Origin: a virus
Taxonomy: Duplodnaviria; Caudoviricetes
Virus record (IMG/VR): IMGVR_UViG_3300035164_000003
Span: 1-29,739 of that record
DNA: 29,739 bases
Direction: 5' to 3' (one strand)
Part shown: positions 1 through 10,400 of the stretch, one piece after another
How the letters are laid out: each line of letters starts with the position of its first letter
How positions within the stretch are numbered: position 1 is the stretch's first letter
Made by a program: the position numbers and the translations under genes
The notes under the pieces: model-generated
Database searches by the model: none
The model's input: the letters and a program-made list of their open reading frames with translations, nothing else
What the model was told of the DNA's origin: nothing

Positions 1-2
1 CA

Positions 3-3000
3 TATGGATATGGTCCTGAAGGAGTTCATATTGTTAGAGAAAACAATAGACGATTTACTATGCGTGATATCGGTCTTATTGAAAGAAGAGTTGATAACTT
101 AGAATATTATACTTCACTATCTCTTCTCGAACTTGAGACTGCATCTCTACCTATCAAAGATAGTGATGGTTTTGATAAATTTAAGAACGGATTCCTTGTA
201 GATAATTTTACAAGTTTTGACTCAGCTGAATCAACACACGAAGACTTTGCTTGTGCTCTAGACTTTGCTGATGGTACTATGCGTGCGTCCCATTATACAA
301 CGAACGTACCTCTAGAATATAATGGATCTGCATCTAGTAATGTTACTCTTCATTCAACAGGAACTTTAACACTTCCATATGTTGAAAGTACATTTATTGT
401 TCAACCATATGCTTCTAGAGTTGAGAATGTAAACCCATTCAACGTGTTTGCTTATATTGGTAGATTAGATCTATATCCATCTTCTGACGATTGGGTTGAT
501 ACACGTAGAGTACCAGATAGAGTTGTTAATATTGAAGGTGACTTTACTGCTAGTATCCAACGTCTTGGTGGTGATGTAAACACTGGATTTATTCCAACAC
601 AATGGAACTCTTGGAGAACAAACTGGTCTTCTGCTTCTAGTAGATCTGATACACAGACTATGAGAAGAGGTCAGTGGCCATATATTAGAAGAATTACTAC
701 AACAACTACAAACACTGTAAGTAACCAGTCACGTTCTGGTATCAGAAGTAGAGTTACACCTAGAATTGATCGTCAGAATATGGGTGATCGTACTTTGGAA
801 AAAACAGTAATACCTTTTATTAGATCAAGAAACATTGCGTTTAAGATCCAGCGTCTAAAACCAAATACAAGATTCTATGCTTTTATTGATAATGTAGATG
901 TAAATTACTATACAACTCCAAGATTAATTGAAGTTATCAAAAATCCAGTTGATGATAGTCGTACAAATAACACACCATTTGTTACTGATGAAACTGTTGT
1001 TGGTCAAACATCTGGATGTAGATTAAAAATTGTAAGTCCTGAATCAGGATTTGATGATGGTAAATCACCTTATGATGGATCTGATCTTCCAACATCCTAT
1101 GCTTCTACAACAGGTTTCTTGAACATTGATACTAAAACAATGTCAGAAACAGTTGCTGGTGCATATTATGGTAATCCTATTGAAACTGAGATTCTTGTAG
1201 GACAAACATCTGGTGCTCGTGCTGTTGTTAAGACAAAACGTTTAGTTGCAAATACTAACGGTGATATGGAAGGTATTATGTGGATACCCAACCCACGTGT
1301 ATCAACCAACCCAAGATTTGCTACAGGTACACGTGTTGTAAGACTTACTACATCAGACACTGACTCTAGAGTACCTGGTCAAGTTGACTCTGCTGCATCT
1401 GCTAACTATGTTGCGTCAGGTGTTATTGAAACTAAACAGACAACAATCTTTGCTGTTAGAAATGCTGATATTGTAAGAGATACAGTTACACAAGATAGAA
1501 CTGTTAATAACACTACAAGTAACGTAACTAGAGACACAGGTTGGTATGACCCTCTTGCACAATCATTCTTGGTTGAATCTAAAGGTGGTGCATTCTTAAC
1601 AAGTTGTGAGTTATATTTCAATACAAGAGATGAGAGAATTCCTGTATCAGTACAGGTTAGAGAGATGGCAAATGGTTATCCAACCACTAAAGTTCTTGCT
1701 TTCTCTGACGTTACACTTTTACCTTCACAGATCAATCTATCTGAGAATGGTACAGTTGCCACAAGATTTACATTTGATTCACCTGTATACGTTACAGAAA
1801 ATAGAGAATACTGTTTAGTTGTTCTTTCTGACTCTAACGAATTCAAACTCTGGATATCAAGAATGGGTGAGGATGATGTTACTAATGACAGAACTATATC
1901 TGAACAACCTTATGCTGGTGTTCTATTCAAATCACAGAACGCATCTACTTGGACTGCTGACCAGTATGAAGATTTAAAATTCACATTATATAAAGCACAA
2001 TTTACTGCTAACTCAACAGGTACTGCTGTATTCAATAATGCTGAACTTGCTATAGGTAACAGTGGTATTTCTCAACTAAGAGCAAATCCAATCAGAACTC
2101 TAAAACCAGAGATTAAGATTATTCTTTCTGATCACCAAGCAAACTTTACTATTGGTGCTGAGATTACACAGACTGATACATCCCCTGTACCATCTGCTAT
2201 CATCAGACAAGTTGTACAAGGTGTACAAGGGTCATCTAATGCTTACATCATCGTAGATGACGTTGCAGGAACCTTTAGAGAAGGTGTTGCATCTGGTGCT
2301 AGTTACATCTATAGACTTGTATCTTCTAGATCACTTGCTGATATTACACTGACTGGTGTTACAGGTACATTTGATTCAAACAATACAATAACAAACGGTT
2401 CAGGAGCATCAGGTATGGTGACTGCATTTAATTCAGGAACTGGTGTTGTTTCAATTAAATCTGTTACAGGTACGTTTGGTGTGGGTGATGCTATAACACA
2501 AACAACAAGTGGTGCTACAACTGGATCAGGAACTATAGCTGCTGGTGGTATCAATGCAACTGGAGATGATATCAATGATTATCCTGCTGCTCCTATCTCA
2601 TACTTCAACCAAGCTACTGAGATCGAAGTGATGCACGCTAACCATTGTATGCACGATACTGCTAATAATGTAAAACTAGAAGGTGTAATTTCAGAAGTTG
2701 CTCCTACAATCATTGACTCTGCATATCATACAAATGGTATTACAGCTGCGGATGCGGTTTCAGGAACCTTCCAGTTACACGTTCAAGATGCTTCAGCGTT
2801 CCATACAACGATCAATGGTGCTGCTGTTGCAACATCCAACGTGGGATACATTATTATTCGTGATCCTGAAATCAGTCAGAAACATTTTGAAATTATTGAG
2901 TACAGTAATATATCATCTGACGGTAAGATTATTACATTACCTTCTGGTTCTCGTGGTAAAGGTGGAACTGCTGCTTTAGCACATAGTAATACAAGTATTA

Positions 3001-3902
3001 TTGAGTGTTATAACTTAGATGGTATTCCTCTAACAGAAATCAACAAGTTACACACTGCTATTGGTTCACCAACTCTTGACTCGTATAAGGTTGCAGTCAC
3101 ATCTGTATCTACAAACGGAGTTCAGAATGGTGGTGAAGATGTTACTGCTACACAGAACGTTCAGTTTGAACAGTTCTATCCACAACTTGAAATGAATAAC
3201 TTCCCTGAAACGGATATTATTCCTAGATTGAACGCAGTCTCTGCTACATCCATACTTAATGGTGCAAACGTGAGTGAAGCATCATTCATTAATGATGGTG
3301 TGTACTTAGACTGTATTGCAAACGAAGATAACTATATGACATTCCCTAAATTGGTATGTTCTAAAGTTAACGAAGATGCAAAACTAAGTGGTTCTAAGTC
3401 ATTGACTATGAACTTACTATTGAGTTCAACTAACGCTAACTTGTCACCTGTGGTTGATACAGATCGTTGTTCATTAATTACAACTTCTAATAGAATCAAC
3501 CAGATTGAGCCTGCTAATTCTAACGCAGAGCAAAGAAGTGGTGATAAGAATGATGCTGTTTACATCAGTAAGACTATGAACTTACTGAATCCAGCAAATA
3601 CCTTAAAGGTTCAGTTTGAGGGATGGAGACATCCTGATACAGAAATCCACGTTATGTATCGTATACAACCTGTTGGTGCGTCTATTACTTTCGATGAAAT
3701 AGGGTATATATATTTTAACGGAAACGGATTGGAAGATAAGACAGTTCAAAAGACTGAAGCATATCTTCTCAGGGATTTAGAATACACCTATACAGGTGCT
3801 GAATTCACTGCTGCTCAAATTAAAATTATTATGACATCTCGAAACCAAGCATACGTACCCGAAATTAAAAACCTTCGTGTATTAGCTTTAAGTGACCTCT
3901 AA
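3..3902 (+). CDS. Large virion structural protein (DUF4815/VrlC-like), 5'-truncated by the window edge
   Basis: The frame is open from nt 3 into the ATG at 60 (YGYGPEGVHIVRENNRRFTMRDIG...), so the start lies upstream. Motifs RFTMRDIGxIExRVxNLEYYTSLSLLE, KNGFLVDNF, DPLAQSF and LFKSQNASTWT are typical of this cyanomyovirus protein. Confidence 0.8.
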   Translation, partial: YGYGPEGVHIVRENNRRFTMRDIGLIERRVDNLEYYTSLSLLELETASLPIKDSDGFDKFKNGFLVDNFTSFDSAESTHEDFACALDFADGTMRASHYTTNVPLEYNGSASSNVTLHSTGTLTLPYVESTFIVQPYASRVENVNPFNVFAYIGRLDLYPSSDDWVDTRRVPDRVVNIEGDFTASIQRLGGDVNTGFIPTQWNSWRTNWSSASSRSDTQTMRRGQWPYIRRITTTTTNTVSNQSRSGIRSRVTPRIDRQNMGDRTLEKTVIPFIRSRNIAFKIQRLKPNTRFYAFIDNVDVNYYTTPRLIEVIKNPVDDSRTNNTPFVTDETVVGQTSGCRLKIVSPESGFDDGKSPYDGSDLPTSYASTTGFLNIDTKTMSETVAGAYYGNPIETEILVGQTSGARAVVKTKRLVANTNGDMEGIMWIPNPRVSTNPRFATGTRVVRLTTSDTDSRVPGQVDSAASANYVASGVIETKQTTIFAVRNADIVRDTVTQDRTVNNTTSNVTRDTGWYDPLAQSFLVESKGGAFLTSCELYFNTRDERIPVSVQVREMANGYPTTKVLAFSDVTLLPSQINLSENGTVATRFTFDSPVYVTENREYCLVVLSDSNEFKLWISRMGEDDVTNDRTISEQPYAGVLFKSQNASTWTADQYEDLKFTLYKAQFTANSTGTAVFNNAELAIGNSGISQLRANPIRTLKPEIKIILSDHQANFTIGAEITQTDTSPVPSAIIRQVVQGVQGSSNAYIIVDDVAGTFREGVASGASYIYRLVSSRSLADITLTGVTGTFDSNNTITNGSGASGMVTAFNSGTGVVSIKSVTGTFGVGDAITQTTSGATTGSGTIAAGGINATGDDINDYPAAPISYFNQATEIEVMHANHCMHDTANNVKLEGVISEVAPTIIDSAYHTNGITAADAVSGTFQLHVQDASAFHTTINGAAVATSNVGYIIIRDPEISQKHFEIIEYSNISSDGKIITLPSGSRGKGGTAALAHSNTSIIECYNLDGIPLTEINKLHTAIGSPTLDSYKVAVTSVSTNGVQNGGEDVTATQNVQFEQFYPQLEMNNFPETDIIPRLNAVSATSILNGANVSEASFINDGVYLDCIANEDNYMTFPKLVCSKVNEDAKLSGSKSLTMNLLLSSTNANLSPVVDTDRCSLITTSNRINQIEPANSNAEQRSGDKNDAVYISKTMNLLNPANTLKVQFEGWRHPDTEIHVMYRIQPVGASITFDEIGYIYFNGNGLEDKTVQKTEAYLLRDLEYTYTGAEFTAAQIKIIMTSRNQAYVPEIKNLRVLALSDL

Positions 3903-4122
3903 GAAACCTGACTTTCAACACGTAAAAGGTAAACCTGATTTAGTACGAGACACCAAGTCTGGTGCCATACTAAATACAAAAGCAACCCCTCCAGGATCTG
4001 CTGCTAAAAGACGACAAGAGAAAGATCTCAAAATCGAAACTATGCAAAAAGATATGGATGTGCTAAAATCAGAATTATCTGAGTTGAAAAACTTAATTAA
4101 ACAATCTTTATTAAACAAATGA
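3892..4122 (+). CDS. Small hypothetical protein with C-terminal coiled coil
   Basis: GTG start overlaps the upstream gene end. VKGxPDLVRDxxSGAILN is followed by a heptad-rich helix. Confidence 0.7.
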   Translation: MTSKKPDFQHVKGKPDLVRDTKSGAILNTKATPPGSAAKRRQEKDLKIETMQKDMDVLKSELSELKNLIKQSLLNK

Positions 4123-4331
4123 CTGCTGACGCACCTGAAACTGTAGATCAGGAAAAACTACTTTCTGATTTCAAAACTAGATTAAAGGCATATGTCGATG
4201 AGAACCAACAGATGGCTCAAAAGATTCGACAGAATGAACAACAAGCACTAAAACTCCAAGGTGCTATAGAAACACTGGAGTACATCCTCTCAGATGGTGA
4301 ACCTACTGTTGACAATGTAGAGACACAATAA
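4119..4331 (+). CDS. Small hypothetical coiled-coil protein
   Basis: ATGA overlap with the previous stop; helical LKLQGAIETLEY segment; followed by a terminator. Confidence 0.7.
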   Translation: MTADAPETVDQEKLLSDFKTRLKAYVDENQQMAQKIRQNEQQALKLQGAIETLEYILSDGEPTVDNVETQ

Positions 4332-4338
4332 TTTAGAG

Positions 4339-4360
4339 AGAGACCGAGAGGTCTCTTTTT
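4339..4360 (+). terminator. Rho-independent terminator
   Basis: AGAGACC-GAGA-GGTCTCT (7-bp stem, GNRA loop) followed by a T run, right after the stop at 4331. Confidence 0.85.
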
Positions 4361-4366
4361 AACGGT

Positions 4367-4374
4367 TATAAATA
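4367..4374 (+). promoter_or_regulatory. T4-type late promoter (gp55 sigma)
   Basis: Exact TATAAATA between the terminator and the fibre gene. Confidence 0.85.
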
Positions 4375-4415
4375 TCTTGGAGGCATATTGTCCGAAATGT
4401 AGGATACCATAACCA

Positions 4416-7400
4416 ATGGCAAATAGAATTCAATTAAGACGTGATGGTGCTCAACAGTGGGCAAACATCAACCCTATCTTGGCACAGGGTGAACTTGGTA
4501 TTGAAATTGATACATCACGTATTAAAATCGGGGATGGAGTAACTCCGTGGAATAGTTTAAGATATGAGAGACCACTAGAAACAGAATCAAACGCTGCTAA
4601 TACACTTGTAAAAAGGGACGCTGATGGTAACTTCCAAGCTGGTGCTATAACTGCAACAGTTATTGGTAACGCTGCAACTGCCACACGTCTTGCTAACGCT
4701 AGACAAATTCAACTTGCTGGTCAGGTTACTGGATCAGGTTCTTTTGATGGATCATCAAACCTTACATTAACAACTGACTTATCATTAATAACAACACTTC
4801 CACATTATAATCCTGCTGATCCTGATGCTAGTGATCTATACACTCGTGTTAGGGTTAACTCACAAGGTAGGGTTATTGGTGCTGAACTTGCATCTACACT
4901 TGCAAACTATGGTATTACTGATGCTCAACCATTAGATGATGACCTAACATCATTAGCAGGACTATCTACAGTTGGTTTACTTGCTAGAGTATCTCAAGGA
5001 AATATAGCCACTAGACAGTTAACTGGTGGTGCTGGAAGAATTATATTTACAGTACCTGATGGTAGTTCACAGAACCCATTTATTGACCTTGCTGATACAG
5101 CAGTTGTTGTTGGTAATTATAACGTTGAATCATTAACATCTGTTAATGCTGCTGGTAGTAACTCAGAACCATATGGTACACAAACTGTTAACACAACTAA
5201 GTTTAGTGTTGATAGATATGGTCGTATTACATTAGCAGAGAATGTACCTATTGCTACAGCAGTAGAAGGATCTAAGTATTCTGGTTATGACGCAGGAGTA
5301 ACATATAATCGTTATGACATAATTGCAAATGCTTCTAAGGTATATCAAGCAATTCAAACTATATCTGCTGGTGGTGGAGCACCTACTCACAGTTCTGGTG
5401 ATGCAAACGGTTGGAGATTTTGTGCTGCTGAAGGTACTGAACAGAAAGGTCTTGCATCATTTGCACAAGAAGACTTTGATGTAGATTCAAATGGTCACGT
5501 AACCATTGCTGCAATGGGTGTTGATAATAACCAGTTGCAGAATAATAAAATTACATTCACTGATGGAAATACAGTTCAAGATTTTGAATTAGATAATGAA
5601 CTAACAACTTCCACTGGACACACAGGATTTGATTATCTTAATTATTTAAAAGTAAATGACACTTCTGGAAATCTTTTGTTTGGTGCTAATAACACCGACA
5701 ATAGTAATGCTGGTGGAGTAGATATCAATGTCGATACAAATATAAGTGGTGCTTCTATAAAACTTGACAGACCAGGTAACACTCCTCTGCAAACTATTGA
5801 AAGAACTGCTGGTTCACTTAAAATTCATCACAATGTCTCTTCAGCAACTGATAGAACTCTTGATATTGTTTCAAACAATAGCGGTGCTGGTACTGCTAGT
5901 ATTAATATTACGGCTGACGAAGATATAACAATATCATCGACAAATGTTTCAAATCGTGTTAATGTAGAGGGATTCCAATTCCAAGACGATACTCTCAGCA
6001 GCACTGCTGGTACTATGATCTTGGATCCAGGTGACGACGATGCTGCAACTGGTAAAGTTCAGATTCGTGGTGACTTACAAGTAGATGGTACAACCACTAC
6101 TGTTAATTCCACTGTGATGACTGTCGATGATCCAATCATCGTTCTAGGTGGTGACACTGCTCCTGTTGCAGATGACAACAAGGATCGTGGTGTAGAGTTT
6201 TCTTATTATGACACACAAGCAAGAGTAGGTTTTTATGGATGGGACGAAAGTTACGCAGACTCTAATATCTGGAATGGCACTGGTGGCTTTAGGTTCCTCT
6301 ACAATGCCACTAACACCAATGAAGTATTTACTGGTACAGACGCTGCTATCATCGCTGGTAATCTCAGATTAACAACAAACACAGGTTCTACATCAACTAC
6401 AACTGGTACATTAGTTGTAACTGGTGGTCTTGGACTTTCTGAGAATGCACATATTGGTGGTACTGTTACTGTTGCAGGACAAACAGAAATTAATGATACT
6501 GTTATCATCAAGTCTGATAACGAAGACTTCAAGATACAAACTGCTGCGGGTGTAGATAAGTTTACAGTTGATACTGATACAGGTAATACAGTAATTGAAG
6601 GTACATTAGATGTTCAGTTAGAAACTGAAATAACAGATAACTTAATAATAAAAGCAGACAATAAAAAGTTTGATATTCAAACTGCTGCTGGTGTCAGTGT
6701 ATTTGATGTAGATTCTGACAATGGTAACGTACACACAGATGGTACTCTTGATGTAGACAGTGGTGTTACATTCAACAGTACCCTTGATGTAGATAATGCT
6801 ACAACTCTAAACAACATATTAGATGTTGATGGTGTTTCTACATTCCATAATGATATTATTCTTGATACAACTGGTAAGACCTTTAAATTAAATAATGGAT
6901 CTGCTGATAAGTTTGTAGTACAAAGTACATCTGGTAATACAGATATAGAAGGATCATTAAATGTTGGATCTCTAATTCACTTTGAAAGTACTGATACTCC
7001 AACAATAAGCACAGATGGAAGTAACAATTATATAATTACAGGTAGTGACTATGGTGCTCTAAGACTTGATGGTGGTGGTTATATTGAAGGTAATACACTA
7101 TTCAATAGTGATATTTACATCAATGGACAGATAAACCAGAAAGACCAAGGTTCATCTAACGAGACATTCAACACACAGAACTTCTTAAGAGTTCGTTATA
7201 AGTTTAGAACAGGTGTAACAGCCGCATATACTCCTAACTATGCACAAGATAACTCATCTAACTTTAGATCCTTTGGCGGTGGTGGTATTGCTACTGATCT
7301 TCACATCGGGGATAACCTATACGTTGGTAAGAAAGCAAGTACTGATAACGTTGAGTTTAGTGTCAGTCCTGCTGGTAACGTCGTTGCTGGTAGAAGTGGT

Positions 7401-10400
7401 TTGGGTTCAGCAACTGCTGGAACAGTTACAGTCCACGGAGATGCAGTATTCAACCGTGAATTCAGCATTACAGGAGCTCAAACAACTATTGGAGATGCGT
7501 CAGGAGATGCCCTCTCGGTCAACGCTACAAGCACATTTAATGCACCTGTCACCCTTTCTGGTTCTAATGATCTAGAAGTTGGTGGTAACGCTACCATTGA
7601 AGGAAACTTAACTGTAAATGGTACTACAACTACAATCAATACAGTTACCACTCAGTTAGATGATCCTATTCTAACTCTTGGTGGAGATACAGCACCTAGC
7701 ACAGATGATAATAAAGATCGTGGTATTGAGTTTAGATATTATGATGGTTCAGCAAAATTAGGTTTCTTTGGTTGGGATGATTCACAAGCAAGATTTGCTC
7801 TATATCATAACGCAACTAATACATCCGAAGTATTTGGTGGTACAAGATCTGGTATTGATGCTGGTTCTATCAAGTTATTCGATACAACCAATGCAACATC
7901 ACCTTCTACAGGAACATTAATTGTTGGTGGTGGTGCTGGAATTGGATTGGATCTTAGAGTTGGTGATGATTTATTCGTTGTTGACGATGCAGATATTGGT
8001 GGTAACTTAAATGTCACAGGTACATTTGATGTTGGTGATGATCTAGCAGTTGCAAATAATAAGTTTAACGTTGACTCAGTAACTGGTAATACAACTGTTG
8101 CTGGAACATTTGGTCTTACAGGTATTGCAACACTTAACTCGACTGTTAATATTGTTGGATCAGGATCTAATTTAACTGTTGCTGGTACAGGATCTATCTC
8201 AGGTAACTTTGATATTAACTCTACTAAGTTTACAGTTGCTGCTGCCACAGGTAACACAGTAATTGATGGAACCTTAGACGTAGATGAAGCAACAAATGTC
8301 ACATCAACACTTGGTGTAACAGGAATAACAACAATAACAAATGCTACTGCACAGTCTTTAAGTTCTGGTTCTCACTCTGCTGGTGGTGCATTTAGATTAA
8401 CAGGTGGTGCAGGGATAGGTGGAAACGTTTCTATCGGTGGAAGTGCAAGAATATATACAGACTTAACTGTTGATGATGACTTACTTGTTAAGGATGTTAC
8501 TGAAGTTCAAGGATTATTTAAAGCAACAAACACTGCTGACTCTGGATCTGCTACAGATGTAAATGCTTCAGTTCGTACTGCTGGTGGTTTAGCAGTTGCT
8601 AAGAAGACATTTATTGGAGATGACTTAAATGTAGGTGCAGGAAACTTCACTGTTGATGGTCCTACAGGTAATACTTTAATTGCTGGAACATTAGGTGTAA
8701 CACAAAACACAAACTTATCTACATTTACTGCCTCTGGTATTGCCACACTTCAATCTACATTGAATCTAGGTGGTTCACTAAACATCAATAGTAGTAAATT
8801 TACTGTTGCATCTGTATCTGGTAATACTAATATTGCTGGAACTTTAGATGTTACAAACGCAGTTGACTTAGATTCTACTCTTAACGTAGATGGTAATGCT
8901 GACTTTAACTCTGGTATAGATGTCACATCTGGTAATGCTACATTTGCTGGTCTTGTACAAGCAGATAACGTAACTGATTCTACTGGATACTCTGATGCTT
9001 CTGCATCTATATCTACAGATGGTGGTTTATCAGTTAAGAAGAAAGCATACGTTGGTGGTGACTTCTCAGTTGGTGGTGCTGCTGGTATTAAAGCATCTAT
9101 CCTTGCTGCATCTGGTAACACAGATATCAAAGGAACACTTAACGTTGATGATTCTGTAACCTTCGGTGGAACTCTTGGAGTTACAGGTCAGATTACAGGT
9201 GATGTAACTGGTGATCTAACAGGTAATGCTGATACCTCAACACAGGTTGCTGTTACTGAGACTAACAACAACGCACTGTTCTATCCTGCATTTATGGGTG
9301 GAAACACTGGTAATCAGTCAGTTCACGTTGACTCTGCTAACCTTAGATATAACCCATTCTCTAACACTCTTACAGTAACCAACTTCCTATCTACCACGAA
9401 CTTTGAAGTTCAAGGTAATATGAACGTTACTGGAACTATTACGTTCCAAGAGTCACAGGTTGGAGACATTAGTAACCACGATACCGATGCTCTTAGTGAA
9501 GGTACTACAAATCTATACTTTACAGACGAAAGAGTTGATGACAGAGTAAACAATCTATTTACTGCTGGAACTGGTATTACTAAAGTATATGATGACGCTG
9601 CTAATAGTTACACATTATCAGTTACACAATCAGACATCAATACTGACAACGTAACTGAAGGTTCTACAAACCTCTTTACAACTGCTGCAAGAACAAGAAC
9701 ACACTTTGTATATGGTACAGGTATTCAGTTAAACACAGATACTATCTCTGTAACACAGGGTGATATCAATACTGATAATGTAACTGAAGGTTCTACAAAT
9801 CTATTCACAACAAATACAAGAACAAGATCTCACTTCACTTATGGTAACGGTATTGCATTATCTGCTGGTGGTGAATTATCTGTAACTGAATCTGAGATCA
9901 GTACTGACAACGTAACAGAAGGATCTACAAATCTATTCACAACTGCTGCTAGAACTCGTGGACATATCTCAGTAAGTGGAGATCTATCATACAATGCTTC
10001 TACTGGTGTAATATCATATACAATTCCAAATACTATTGCATCTCTATCTAACCACGATACAGATGATGTAGCAGAAGGATCATCTAACCTTTACTACACA
10101 GATGCTAGAGCAGACGCTAGAATTGCTGCTGCATCTACAAGTGATCTATCAGAAGGTTCAAATCTTTACTACACAGATGCTAGAGCAGATGCTCGTGTTG
10201 TTGCTGGTATCACTGGAAAACTTGATGCTTCTGCTATCAGCACATTCGGTTTAACATTAGTTGATGACGCAACAGCATCTGCTGCAAGAACAACTCTTGG
10301 ACTTGGATCTGCTGCTACTACTGCTTCATCAGCATATGCAACAGCAGCACAGGGTACACTTGCTGACTCTGCTACACAACCAGGTGACTTAGCAACTGTA

